Source of the DNA: Pyrolobus fumarii 1A
GTDB taxonomy: Archaea; Thermoproteota; Thermoprotei_A; Sulfolobales; Pyrodictiaceae
Direction of reading: 5' to 3'
Assembly (NCBI RefSeq): GCF_000223395.1
Contig: NC_015931.1
Span: 330,001-362,000 of the forward strand
DNA length: 32,000 bases
Part shown: positions 1-8,880 of the stretch, in pieces
Numbering within the stretch: the stretch's first letter is position 1
Layout of the letters: every line of letters starts with the position of its first letter
The notes under the pieces: model-generated
Seen by the model: the letters and a program-made list of their open reading frames with translations, nothing else
Databases searched by the model: none
What the model was told of the DNA's origin: nothing
Position numbers and translations under genes: made by a program

Positions 1-446
1 CACAGGGCCATGACGCCGGCTACCCGGTGTCTCTCGCCCTCCTTCCTAACCACCAGGTCGACGGCCTCGAGCCCGAGGATTATCTTGGCGCCGGCGTTCA
101 CAGCAGCCGAGGCGAGACCGGTTATCAGGGCGACCGAGTCTAGCGAGTAGATGCCCTTGACGCTTGTCGGGTGAACGCGTATACCCATGTCATTTAGCAC
201 TGGGAGTGCCTCCTCCTGAACCAGCACCTTGTGAAAGAGCATGCCACCGCCTCCAATGCCGCCACCCACGCTCAGACGCCTCTCCAGCACGAGAACCCTG
301 AAGCCCCGCTTGGCTAGGTAGAAGGCGGCGGTTAGGCCAGCAGGACCCGCGCCAACGACTATCACGTCGCTTTCGGCATACTCGACTAGCTCCTTAGAGG
401 CCTCCTCGATGATCACGCGTGTGATAATGGCATCAAGTCCGGGCAT
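1..446 (-). CDS. thi4: Thiamine thiazole synthase (Thi4 family), N-terminal part; the gene runs off the left window edge
   Basis: Absent from the ORF track because it is open at the window edge. Hand translation from ATG 446..444 gives MPGLDAIITRVIIEEASKELVEYAESDVIVVGAGPAGLTAAFYLAKRGFRVLVLERRLSVGGGIGGGGMLFHKVLVQEE... It has a GxGxxG dinucleotide-binding fold followed by the Gly-rich GGGxGGGGM stretch typical of Thi4. Confidence 0.8.
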   Translation of the reverse strand, partial: MPGLDAIITRVIIEEASKELVEYAESDVIVVGAGPAGLTAAFYLAKRGFRVLVLERRLSVGGGIGGGGMLFHKVLVQEEALPVLNDMGIRVHPTSVKGIYSLDSVALITGLASAAVNAGAKIILGLEAVDLVVRKEGERHRVAGVMAL

Positions 447-764
447 GGCCGTTCGCCGGGTTGTCATGTGCCCAGGAATAACCACCCCTCAAACCCTCCG
501 CCACGCTCAACAAGCAATCCACCAGGTCGCTAATCCATGTTGTACTCCACGGTAACGCTATAGTAGTGGTATTAGAACAGAGCATGTGACGAGAGTATAT
601 CGCAATGTCGTTGTAGAGGCTGGGTAGTGTAACACCAGGCGGGTTGAGATGAGGCGGTAAACTAGGACTAGTGTGAGGCGCGCATCTAGTAAAACTAGTT
701 TAAGATCGTGAGGTAGTCGTGTAAGGAGAGAGGTGCAAAGAATCCGGCTCGGGTTACACGCGCG

Positions 765-1802
765 TTAGGCGTCGGCGCCTCTAACCTGTAGTAGCTCTTC
801 CGGCTTGAGCTTGCGAATGTCGATTCCCATCATGCTCTTTGACTCGGATATCATCCTCTGCGCCTCTGCGACAGTCTCCGGGTCATCCCACATCGCCGTT
901 GCCAGCACGATTGCCTGTGCCCTCTCCCTTGGATCCTGGCTCTTGAATATCCCGGAGCCTACGAACACGCCATCAGCGCCAAGCCACATCATGAGGGCTG
1001 CGTCTGCAGGTGTGGCTATACCGCCTGCTGCGAAGTTTACGACCGGGAGCCTGCCGAGTTTCGCGGTCAGCTCGACGAGCTGGTAGGGGACGCCATACTC
1101 TCTTGCCTTCCTCATCCTCTCCTCGGGGGACATGGAGCGCAGAGACCATATCTCGCTCATAATCTGCTTCATGTGGCGTACTGCCTCGGCGACGTTGCCG
1201 GTGCCCGCCTCGCCCTTCGTCCTTATCATCGCGGCGCCCTCGGTTATCCTACGGAGAGCCTCGCCGAGGTTCCTAGCGCCGTTGACGAACGGTATCTTGA
1301 ACTCCCACTTGTTTATGTGGTGGTGTTCGTCGACGGGTGTCAACACCTCACTCTCGTCTATCATGTCGACGCCCACGGCTTCGAGTATCTTAGCCTCCAT
1401 GTAGTGCCCGATTCTCACCTTCGCCATAACGGGTATCGTTATGCTCTCCATAACCTGCTCTATGACCTTGACGTCAGCCATTCTCGCGACGCCACCCGCC
1501 TTCCTCACGTCGTAGGGCAGCTTGTCGAGAACCATGACCGAGACGGCGCCAGCATCCTCGGCTATCTCTGCCTGCTTAACGTTAGTAACGTCCATGCAGA
1601 CGCCTCCCTTCTGGAATATCGGGAAGCCATACTTCACGCGGAGAGTACCACGAGCAGGTATCTCGATAACCTCGGGGAGCCTCTCCGGCCCATAACGGAA
1701 CCAGAGTCCATCCTCACGCAGCCTGTCAGCAGCCTCGGCCAGCCTGTAGAAGAAGTCGACTATAGTGTCAAACCCGACCTCGTAGAGACGCACGGACCCC
1801 AT
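765..1802 (-). CDS. pdxS: Pyridoxal 5'-phosphate synthase, lyase subunit PdxS
   Basis: Near-canonical PdxS core: [84 protein letters not shown]. The ORF is open to 1874. ATG 1802 (MGSVRLYEV...) matches the crenarchaeal-type N-terminal extension as I recall it from Sulfolobus PdxS. No pdxT is adjacent. Confidence 0.9.
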   Translation of the reverse strand: MGSVRLYEVGFDTIVDFFYRLAEAADRLREDGLWFRYGPERLPEVIEIPARGTLRVKYGFPIFQKGGVCMDVTNVKQAEIAEDAGAVSVMVLDKLPYDVRKAGGVARMADVKVIEQVMESITIPVMAKVRIGHYMEAKILEAVGVDMIDESEVLTPVDEHHHINKWEFKIPFVNGARNLGEALRRITEGAAMIRTKGEAGTGNVAEAVRHMKQIMSEIWSLRSMSPEERMRKAREYGVPYQLVELTAKLGRLPVVNFAAGGIATPADAALMMWLGADGVFVGSGIFKSQDPRERAQAIVLATAMWDDPETVAEAQRMISESKSMMGIDIRKLKPEELLQVRGADA

Positions 1803-1965
1803 CCAATGATGGTATGGTCCTAGAGGCTCGGCCACGAGCCTACCCCACCCCCATGATTGCAACACAACCCCCATAATACACCCTGCCCGGGGTTACACGC
1901 GCAAGCCAAGAACGCCGGGGCGTGCGGCTAAGAGGCAACGTAAACATAGCAACACGCCACTAAAA

Positions 1966-1974
1966 CTTATAAAG
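1966..1974 (+). promoter_or_regulatory. TATA-like box (cttataaag) upstream of tRNA-Met
   Basis: AT-rich aaaacTTATAAAggg lies about 40 nt upstream of the tRNA 5' end at 2013, which fits archaeal BRE/TATA spacing plus a short leader. Confidence 0.4.
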
Positions 1975-2012
1975 GGTCACGGAGACCCATCCCTCAAACG
2001 GAAGAACCCGCT

Positions 2013-2089
2013 GGGCCCGTAGCTCAGCCCGGTAGAGCGCCCGGCTCATAACCGGGTGGTCGGGGGTTCAAATCCCCCCGGGCCCACCA
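2013..2089 (+). tRNA. tRNA with CAT anticodon (elongator Met, or Ile2 if C34 is modified), encoded CCA
   Basis: Hand-folded cloverleaf. Acceptor GGGCCCG/CGGGCCC; D stem GCUC/GAGC; anticodon stem CCCGG/CCGGG with loop CUCAUAA; T stem GGGGG/CCCCC with loop UUCAAAU; discriminator A then CCA. The G1-C72 pair argues against an archaeal initiator. Confidence 0.9.
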
Positions 2090-2277
2090 CTCCTCCTCAC
2101 CCATCACGAGCACGTGATTGATGTCACATTAATCACTCCTTTGCACCCGCCCAAGAGGGTGCAGAATGTGCCGAGTCCGTGGTGGTCAGGGTTACGCGAG
2201 ACGCTCGTCATGCGACGGTCTATGAGGATGTGGAGGTATTCTGGGCCAGAAAATGAGAGGAAGGCACATGTCCGCTC

Positions 2278-3534
2278 TTAGTCTAGCTTCCAGCTCTCAA
2301 GGTACTTCTTCTGTTCCTCGGTGAGCTCGTCTATCTCGATGCCCATAGACTTTAGCTTTAGCCTGGCAACCTCCTGGTCTATCTCGAGGGGCACATTGTA
2401 GACTTTTGCCGGTAGCCTCCCCTTGTTCTTGACGAGGTACTCTACCGAGAGGGCTTGGTTAGCGAAACTCATGTCCATTACTTCGCTTGGGTGGCCCTCT
2501 GCGCATACAAGGTTGACTAGGCGCCCCTCGCCGAGAAGGTAGATCCTCCTGCCATCCTTCAAGCGGTACTCGGTTACGCATGGGCGTATCTCTCTCTTCT
2601 CGGTCGCGAGTTCCTCAAGGTCGGGTATCCATATCTCGACGTTGAAGTGGCCAGCGTTGGCTAGTATCGCGCCATCCTTCATTAGCTCCATGTGCTCCTT
2701 TCTTATCACAGCCTTGTTGCCGGTGGCGGTGATGAATATGTCGCCTACCTTGGCTGCCTCCCTCATTGGCATGACTTCGAAGCCGTCCATTACAGCTTCG
2801 AGGGCGCGTATCGGGTCAACCTCTGTCACGATAACTCTCCTCGCGCCCAAGCCCTTGGCTCTAAGAGCTATGCCGCGGCCAACCCACCCGTAGCCAGCCA
2901 CGACGACAACCTTGCCAGCGACGAGTATGTTCGTGGCGCGTAGGATGCCATCGAACGTGCTCTGACCGGTTCCGTACCTATTATCGAACATCATCTTGGT
3001 GCGAGCGTCGTTAACGGCTATGACGGGGTACTTGAGCACGCCCTGCTTCTCCATAGCGCGTAGCCTAATGACGCCCGTGGTAGTCTCCTCAGTGCCGCCC
3101 CACACCTTCCCAGCGATCGACGGGAACTTGTCGTGAAGCATTGCGTGTAGGTCGCCACCATCGTCAATAACTATGTCTGGCTCCCACTTCGCCACGAACT
3201 CTATACACGAGAAGTACTCGTCCTCGTTCATGCCCCTCCAGGCGCACACCTCGATACCGTCCTTCACGAGAGCGGCTGCAACGTCATCCTGCGTGCTGAG
3301 CGGGTTGCTAGCCGCGAGCCTAACCTCAGCGCCGCCAGCCTTCAACGTCCTCACGAGAGCAGCCGTCTCTTTGGTGACGTGGAGAACTGCGCCAACCTTT
3401 ATGCCCTTCAGGGGCTTCTCACGCTCGAAGCGCTCCCTAATCATCCGCGCAACTACTGGCATGTTACGCTCTGCCCACTCGATCTGCAGCTTACCACGCT
3501 CAGCCAAACCAAGGTCCTTCACGCGATACTCCAT
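2278..3534 (-). CDS. ahcY: S-adenosyl-L-homocysteine hydrolase
   Basis: 418 aa. Typical N-terminus [28 protein letters not shown]-binding [12 protein letters not shown], and EGRLVNL...[11 protein letters not shown] near the C-terminus. Confidence 0.92.
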   Translation of the reverse strand: MEYRVKDLGLAERGKLQIEWAERNMPVVARMIRERFEREKPLKGIKVGAVLHVTKETAALVRTLKAGGAEVRLAASNPLSTQDDVAAALVKDGIEVCAWRGMNEDEYFSCIEFVAKWEPDIVIDDGGDLHAMLHDKFPSIAGKVWGGTEETTTGVIRLRAMEKQGVLKYPVIAVNDARTKMMFDNRYGTGQSTFDGILRATNILVAGKVVVVAGYGWVGRGIALRAKGLGARRVIVTEVDPIRALEAVMDGFEVMPMREAAKVGDIFITATGNKAVIRKEHMELMKDGAILANAGHFNVEIWIPDLEELATEKREIRPCVTEYRLKDGRRIYLLGEGRLVNLVCAEGHPSEVMDMSFANQALSVEYLVKNKGRLPAKVYNVPLEIDQEVARLKLKSMGIEIDELTEEQKKYLESWKLD

Positions 3535-3568
3535 CGTATGGTTCCCCCGGCAACCCGCGCACCCAGCC

Positions 3569-3578
3569 TAAAAAATAA
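3569..3578 (-). promoter_or_regulatory. A/T-rich box (minus strand TTATTTTTTA): possible ahcY TATA element and/or oligo-T terminator for the upstream GINS gene
   Basis: It is the only AT-rich element in the 92-nt gap between the GINS stop (3627) and the ahcY ATG (3534), sitting 35-44 nt upstream of that ATG. Confidence 0.35.
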
Positions 3579-3626
3579 CAGTATAGTAGTGGGTCTTGGT
3601 GCACCCTGGCCGACACGCCAAGAGCG

Positions 3627-4187
3627 TCAAGCTGGGTGTGGTGCTACCCTCCTCTTCCACTCCTCAATCCTAGCGAGAAGGTCGTCGTGAAGCGTCTTCT
3701 CTTCGGGCGAGAGCTTCTCGTACACCTCGGCGCGGGCGCCTGGGCTGCGTAGAAGCTGCAGGATAGTCCAGAGGCGCCTCGAGACAATCTCCTCGAAGTA
3801 TAACTCTGCCTTGCTCTTCTCCTCGAGGAGTTGCGGCTCAGGTCTCCTCCTTAGCTCGGTCTCGAGTCTCCTGAGGTAATCGGCGGCGCGGAAATAGAAG
3901 TCCTCGGGGAGCGAGGGTGTATCGGCGAGGCTCCTAGCCTCCGTCACTATGAAGTGTACCCTGGCTATATCATCGAGGCTCATTGGCGACTCTAGCGGCT
4001 CCACTATACCCTTCTCCTCGAGCACCTTAGCTATCCACCTAGGCACCTCTATCTCAGTACCCTTCCTCAACTCTATCTCTACGCCATCGATCACTATCTT
4101 GCCAACCTCTTTCACGACCATCACGCGGACGGGCCTTGTCTCGTAACGGATGCGCAGCGCCTCAAGCTTAGCTTCAAGGCTCGGCAT
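3627..4187 (-). CDS. gins23: GINS complex subunit, Gins23 (Psf2/Psf3-like) type
   Basis: 186 aa. A small N-terminal beta domain carries EIEVPRWIAKVLEEKGIVEPL (compare eukaryotic Psf2 VEVPLWLAINLK, recalled from memory). It is followed by a helical A domain (LPEDFYFRAADYLRRLE...EEIVSRRLWTILQL). The B-then-A domain order is the Gins23 arrangement. Confidence 0.6.
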   Translation of the reverse strand: MPSLEAKLEALRIRYETRPVRVMVVKEVGKIVIDGVEIELRKGTEIEVPRWIAKVLEEKGIVEPLESPMSLDDIARVHFIVTEARSLADTPSLPEDFYFRAADYLRRLETELRRRPEPQLLEEKSKAELYFEEIVSRRLWTILQLLRSPGARAEVYEKLSPEEKTLHDDLLARIEEWKRRVAPHPA

Positions 4188-4316
4188 CCAGCCTCACACC
4201 AACCCTCAATACATGGCTGTACGGGCAGGGGTAGAAGCACTGTTGGCAACAGCATGGTTAGTGTTTTAATCGTGGGTTGAGAGTGGCCCGGGACTCGCGG
4301 TGCATGGGGTTGCCAG

Positions 4317-5930
4317 GTGGGTATGAAATTCAAGGCGAGACTCCCCAAGGAGGTTGAGGTACTCGATTCTACTCTACGTGAGGGTAGCCAAGCGCGTGGA
4401 GTGAGCTTTGATGTACAAGGCAAGGTTCGCATAGCACTTGAGCTTGATAGGCTTGGGGTGGCCTTCATCGAAGGTGGGTGGCCGGGAAGCAACCCAAAGG
4501 ACGACGAGTTCTTCCGCGTCGTGCGCGAGTATAGTCTGGAGCATGCCGAGTTAGTAGCCTTCACCTCGACCAGGAGGAAAGGGGTGCGAGCCGAGGATGA
4601 CCCGATGTTATCCAAGGTTCTCGAGGCGGGCACCAAGTGGGTAACCGTGTTTGGCAAGTCCTGGGATCTTCACGTGCGTGAGGTGCTCCGAACGAGCCTG
4701 GAAGAGAATCTCGAGATGATATATGATACTATCCGCTTCTTCCGCGAGCATGGCATCAGGGTAATATTCGATGCTGAGCACTTCTTCGACGGGTTTCGTG
4801 AGAACCGTGAGTATGCGCTGAAGGTTCTCGAGACGGCGCTCGAAGCTGGTGCAGAGAGGCTAGTCCTTGCTGATACGAATGGTGGTATGCTGCCACACCA
4901 GGTGTACGCCGTGGTATCGGAGATTGTAGAGAAGTTTGGTAGCCGGGCGGTGATAGGGCTTCACATGCACAATGACAGTGGCAATGCTGTGGCTAACACG
5001 CTTATGGGCGTCTTGGCTGGCGCTAGGCATGTGCAAGTAACTGTTAATGGTATTGGTGAGCGTACTGGTAATGCAGACCTCTGTGTAGTAGTGCCGAACC
5101 TAGAGTTGAAGATGAATATCCGGGCCCTTAGGAACCCCGAGGGTCTAAGGCTGTTAAAGAGGCTCTCGAGACTAGTCTATGACTTGGCCGGGCTAGAGCC
5201 TAACCCGTACCAGCCATACGTAGGCGACTACGCTTTTGCGCACAAGGCGGGCGTCCATATTGACGCTGTGTTGAAGAACCCGAGGGCTTATGAGCACATA
5301 GACCCCGAGCTAGTGGGCAACGAGAGAAGGCTCACAGTCTCAGAGCTTAGTGGCGCAGCTAACCTCGTAGCCTGGGCTCGCGAAGAGCTAGGCTTGAAGC
5401 TAGACAAGAACGACCCTGCTGTGAGGAGAGCGCTAGAGAGGATCAAGAGGCTGGAGAAGGAAGGCTATAGCTTTGAGAACGCAGTCGCGACTGCACTATT
5501 GATACTCCTAGAGGAGCTCGGCCTGCGCGGTAAACCCTTCGAGGTGCGCCTCTGGCGTGTTATGAGCGGCGGCGAAGAGTGGGGCTCTGCGAAAAGCTGG
5601 GCTGTCGTTAAACTAGCACGAGGTGACCGTGAGGAGCTGGCGGCTGGAGAAGGAGGAGGACCAGTACACGCCATAGACGAGGCACTTCGTGGTGCACTCT
5701 CAAGGCTATTGCCGGAGGCCGGAGACATACGACTGATAGATTACAGGGTGCATCTGCCCATAGCGTCGAAACACACTGCTAGCGAGGTACGTGTTGAAAT
5801 AACCTTCACGGATGGTAAGAGAACGTGGACAACAACCGCCATATCACAGAACATCATCGAGGCCAGCCTAAAGGCGCTGGTCGAGGGCTTTGAGTATCAC
5901 TTGTTGAGGAGGAGGCTACGCGGCGAGTAG
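4317..5930 (+). CDS. cimA: Citramalate synthase / 2-isopropylmalate synthase family protein (LeuA-related, CimA-like)
   Basis: 537 aa. Motifs: LDSTLREGSQARGVSF, GVAFIEGGWPGSNPKDDEFF, metal-site HMHNDSGNAVANT, and a C-terminal regulatory-type domain. The start is either GTG 4317 or ATG 4323. Confidence 0.8.
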   Translation: MGMKFKARLPKEVEVLDSTLREGSQARGVSFDVQGKVRIALELDRLGVAFIEGGWPGSNPKDDEFFRVVREYSLEHAELVAFTSTRRKGVRAEDDPMLSKVLEAGTKWVTVFGKSWDLHVREVLRTSLEENLEMIYDTIRFFREHGIRVIFDAEHFFDGFRENREYALKVLETALEAGAERLVLADTNGGMLPHQVYAVVSEIVEKFGSRAVIGLHMHNDSGNAVANTLMGVLAGARHVQVTVNGIGERTGNADLCVVVPNLELKMNIRALRNPEGLRLLKRLSRLVYDLAGLEPNPYQPYVGDYAFAHKAGVHIDAVLKNPRAYEHIDPELVGNERRLTVSELSGAANLVAWAREELGLKLDKNDPAVRRALERIKRLEKEGYSFENAVATALLILLEELGLRGKPFEVRLWRVMSGGEEWGSAKSWAVVKLARGDREELAAGEGGGPVHAIDEALRGALSRLLPEAGDIRLIDYRVHLPIASKHTASEVRVEITFTDGKRTWTTTAISQNIIEASLKALVEGFEYHLLRRRLRGE

Positions 5931-6235
5931 TGGGCGACGTGCAATTCGTACCTCGGTTCACACGGGGCCCTACGGCCCAGTCACCGAGGCCCCTGACCCC
6001 CATGCTACACTTTGACGGCAGTTTTGACCCCGCATAACCTCTACCCCATAGCTCGCCGTGAAACCAGGTTTTATGCAGCTGAACCTCCGGCACCATGTGT
6101 GCAACGAATTTACTCGGGTTGATGCGTCAGCCTCTCTTTTCATTTTAGCTTGTTATGCTCGGCCCGGCTCTCGAATATCGTTATGTGTGATGTTAGTCAA
6201 GGTCTCCTAACGGGTATCCTTTAACTGGGTTAACG

Positions 6236-7633
6236 GTGAGACGCAAGGTCTGGACGAAGGGTGTTAGAAGCTTGGCGAGCACAACTATTGTACGCGGGCG
6301 TGCACATAGAACGGCTCTACACGCTCTAATGTCAATCTCGCTATTGTTGCTCATTACTGTGGCTCTACAGCCTCTTCACGCGGCAGCATCAACCCCGGAC
6401 ACAAACAGTTGCAGCGTGATACTATACGGGAGGCACACATGCCCTCATTGTATGGCTACCTATGAGGCCCTCAAGAAGCTAGGTCTGAACATCACCTTCC
6501 TCGACGTGGAGGTTGACAAGGAGGCCGCAAAGGCATACGCTGAGATGTTCAAGAAGTATATGTTGAAGTTAACCACCATGGCCGGTGTGCCGCTGACATA
6601 CGTACGTTGCGGCAACTACACGATGCTTATACTCGGTGAGGTCATAGCGCCGGGATACACGACTGCGGACGAATACAAGCTATGGGCTAAACTCCTAGAG
6701 GCGTTGATGAATGGCACTGGTGTTGCAGCCGCTGGCAACAAGATAACGTTCAAGAGTGTTACTTGTCTCTCGTTACCCACGTGTGGCGACGTCCTTCCCA
6801 GGATAAACCAATCGTTGTTTGAGAAGGGCGCGGGTGATATGGCAAGACGTGTATTTTGCCTCGGAGGGCTAGCACTATGTCTAGCCTCGAACGAGACGAT
6901 AACGCCGATTCTACCCGGGCAGAACGTGTCCAGCGAAACAAGCAGCCCGGCACAAGCTCAGAACGAATTACTACCTCTCATCCCGGCGCTGGTCGGCCTG
7001 GCTCTACTGGACGCAATCAACCCATGCTTCTTGGCGCTCTACACGATAACGGTAGCTGCGGTGGCTAGCATACGTGGTTACCGAGCAGCTCTAGCAACGG
7101 GGCTTGGTGTTGCTCTCGGTGTCTTCACAGGATACTACCTTCTAGGCCTTGGGTTGCTAGCCGCGCTAGCCAGCCTCCCATGGCTCCGTGTGGTACTCGC
7201 AGCAGCCGTTATCGCGCTAGGTGTCTTCACTACGCTACGCGACCGTGGCATTATACGCTTTGGTGGCGAGGAGTGTCTCGTGTGCAAACTGGCTGTTAAA
7301 CTGAAGGTCGGAAGCGCCGAGATGACGCCGATATTGGGGTACCTGTTCGGCTTCATATCGAGCCTGACGCTCCTCCCCTGCAGCGCCGGGCCATACGCCA
7401 TAGCCGCGATATACCTTGATGGTCTCCCTCTTGTCGATAAACTTGTGGGCCTAGCGATTTACAATATAGTGTTTATCGCGCCGATACTCGCGATGGCTAT
7501 GGCTGCTAGTGTGGTTGCGGCATACACGAGACTCCAGGAGAAGATAAGGCCGCTCATAGGGCCGCTGCTAATAGCCCTAGGTATCTATGTGCTGCTCGAG
7601 CCCCAGTTGGGATTAATGCTGAGGCTAGGTTAG
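6236..7633 (+). CDS. Fusion protein: signal anchor + extracytoplasmic thioredoxin/glutaredoxin-like domain (CPHC) + CcdA/DsbD-type thiol:disulfide transporter membrane domain
   Basis: VILYGRHTCPHCMATYEALKKLG has CPHC at 6440..6451. The C-terminal polytopic domain carries the two CcdA signature cysteines (LLDAINPCFLALY and SLTLLPCSAGPY). An alternative ATG at 6329 would give MSISLLLLITVALQPLHAAAS, which looks like a signal peptide. Confidence 0.7.
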   Translation: MRRKVWTKGVRSLASTTIVRGRAHRTALHALMSISLLLLITVALQPLHAAASTPDTNSCSVILYGRHTCPHCMATYEALKKLGLNITFLDVEVDKEAAKAYAEMFKKYMLKLTTMAGVPLTYVRCGNYTMLILGEVIAPGYTTADEYKLWAKLLEALMNGTGVAAAGNKITFKSVTCLSLPTCGDVLPRINQSLFEKGAGDMARRVFCLGGLALCLASNETITPILPGQNVSSETSSPAQAQNELLPLIPALVGLALLDAINPCFLALYTITVAAVASIRGYRAALATGLGVALGVFTGYYLLGLGLLAALASLPWLRVVLAAAVIALGVFTTLRDRGIIRFGGEECLVCKLAVKLKVGSAEMTPILGYLFGFISSLTLLPCSAGPYAIAAIYLDGLPLVDKLVGLAIYNIVFIAPILAMAMAASVVAAYTRLQEKIRPLIGPLLIALGIYVLLEPQLGLMLRLG

Positions 7634-8880
7634 GCTCTGGGCGCCTCACCACCCATACATGCGGCGCAGGGCTTCACATCCCACTTTTCGAGTATCGCTA
7701 GCGCCTCCTTGAGCGGCAGGCTCGCGAAGCTATCAGCCTCTAGTACGTAGCGAATCTCGTCAAGACGTAGATTGGCGGCGGCTAGCCTAGACTCCTCCCA
7801 GGGTACGAGACCATACGGGCAGCTACCACTTACAAGCGGGCTACCAATGGCAACGTGCACCTCAGTAGCGCCGTAACGGAGCCTTAAGAGCCTCGCAACG
7901 GTCTTCAGCGTGATGCCGGTCACGAGGCTATCATCCACAACGGCTACTCTCTTACCCTCAAACACGCCCTTCACCGGGTTAAGCTTGAGGTGGATTAGCA
8001 CCATTCTCTCCTCAACGTCCTCCATAAGCCCCGTTCTTAGCCTCCCAATGCTAGAGACGAAGCCTAGCTCAAGCCTAGCACCCTTGGCCTCTGCGTAGCC
8101 TACCGCATAGGGCAGTGCAGTCTCAGGAACCCCAACCACAACGTCAACATCGGCATCGTGATGTCTTGCTAGCCTCTCGCCAGCCTCGCGACGATAGAGA
8201 TAGATGGGGACGCCGTCTACAACGCTATCCGGTCTCGCGATGTACACGTATTCGTACAGGCATGTTGCCTTAACCCCGCCGCCCTCAAGAACCTCCTCAT
8301 CGAGTACCTCCTGGTCGCCATAGATTATCGTTCCAGGAGGAAGATCGCCCCTCCTAATACCACCCATCAGCTCTATAGCCACGCTCTCCGTGGCGGCCAT
8401 GAACGCGTCGAAACCGTAGGCTCCGTAGGATAACGGGCGTAGGCCGAGTTTCGACCGATAAATGGCGAACGAGCCCCGCGCGCCTATAGCTACGAGTGTA
8501 CAGCCACGCAGCAGATCGAGACTAGCAGCTATCGCGTCGCGTAGCGACTCTGGACTCGCGTCATTAGCCTTGCCTCCGATAGACTCTGCTACCCTAGCAA
8601 CATCGCATGGACCGTCAACGGCCAAGCCAATCTCCTCGCCGCTCTTGGTCCTAGTTTTTACGATACGACCAGCAGGTGCTGCAAGTAGTGTGGATCCGCG
8701 TGGAAGCTCCAGGGGCTTCTCCTGAATACCGCGTAGGTCGATAATGTGGGGCCCATCTATGCCGTCACTCGTCATAACAATAGCTTCTGCCTCGTGTACG
8801 CCACGGTGACTAAGCCCTATCAAACCATACCTAGCGTACCGTGTAGAATCCCATATCGGGTCAAAGAAGTGTACAAGCAT
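7630..8880 (-). CDS. purF: Amidophosphoribosyltransferase (PurF) homolog with a degenerate N-terminal glutaminase domain
   Basis: The PRTase half is canonical: VVGVPETALPYA, PRPP loop RVAVVDDSLVTGITLK, and Fe-S ligand positions ATCLYEYVYIARPDS, GSCPYG, KPCAACMGG. The N-terminus MLVHFFDPIW...YGLIGLSHRG aligns position for position with MCGIVGI...LTVLQHRG, but has Leu where Cys1 should be. The ORF is open to 8961. Confidence 0.75.
   Translation of the reverse strand: MLVHFFDPIWDSTRYARYGLIGLSHRGVHEAEAIVMTSDGIDGPHIIDLRGIQEKPLELPRGSTLLAAPAGRIVKTRTKSGEEIGLAVDGPCDVARVAESIGGKANDASPESLRDAIAASLDLLRGCTLVAIGARGSFAIYRSKLGLRPLSYGAYGFDAFMAATESVAIELMGGIRRGDLPPGTIIYGDQEVLDEEVLEGGGVKATCLYEYVYIARPDSVVDGVPIYLYRREAGERLARHHDADVDVVVGVPETALPYAVGYAEAKGARLELGFVSSIGRLRTGLMEDVEERMVLIHLKLNPVKGVFEGKRVAVVDDSLVTGITLKTVARLLRLRYGATEVHVAIGSPLVSGSCPYGLVPWEESRLAAANLRLDEIRYVLEADSFASLPLKEALAILEKWDVKPCAACMGGEAPRA

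Noticed and set aside
545-556. ORB-like element (ctccacggtaac), and therefore a possible replication origin, in the long pdxS-thi4 spacer
   Set aside because: There is only one imperfect copy. There is no inverted partner, no AT-rich unwinding element and no adjacent orc1/cdc6 or whiP gene.
447-600. TPP riboswitch upstream of thi4
   Set aside because: Reading the minus strand, I found neither the CUGAGA element nor the ACCUGAUCUGGAUAAUGCCAGCG-like core. I also do not expect TPP riboswitches in Crenarchaeota.
1173-1823. 216-aa plus-strand ORF, together with 805..1086 and 1132..1404, inside pdxS
   Set aside because: These are antisense shadow ORFs of a very well supported PdxS gene. Their composition is low-complexity Leu/Ser/Pro/His and they carry no motifs.
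751-1903. Exact 13-nt direct repeat gggttacacgcgc flanking pdxS (751..763 and 1891..1903), with a degenerate third copy near 2187
   Set aside because: By rough estimate, several exact 13-mer coincidences are expected by chance in a 32-kb window. There are no terminal inverted repeats and no mobility gene. It would be worth revisiting only if the motif recurs genome-wide.
4121-4657. 178-aa minus-strand ORF spanning the GINS/cimA intergenic region
   Set aside because: It overlaps the starts of two well-supported genes and their promoter region. The translation is rich in Ser/Pro/Thr/Arg, typical of an off-frame read of GC-rich coding DNA.
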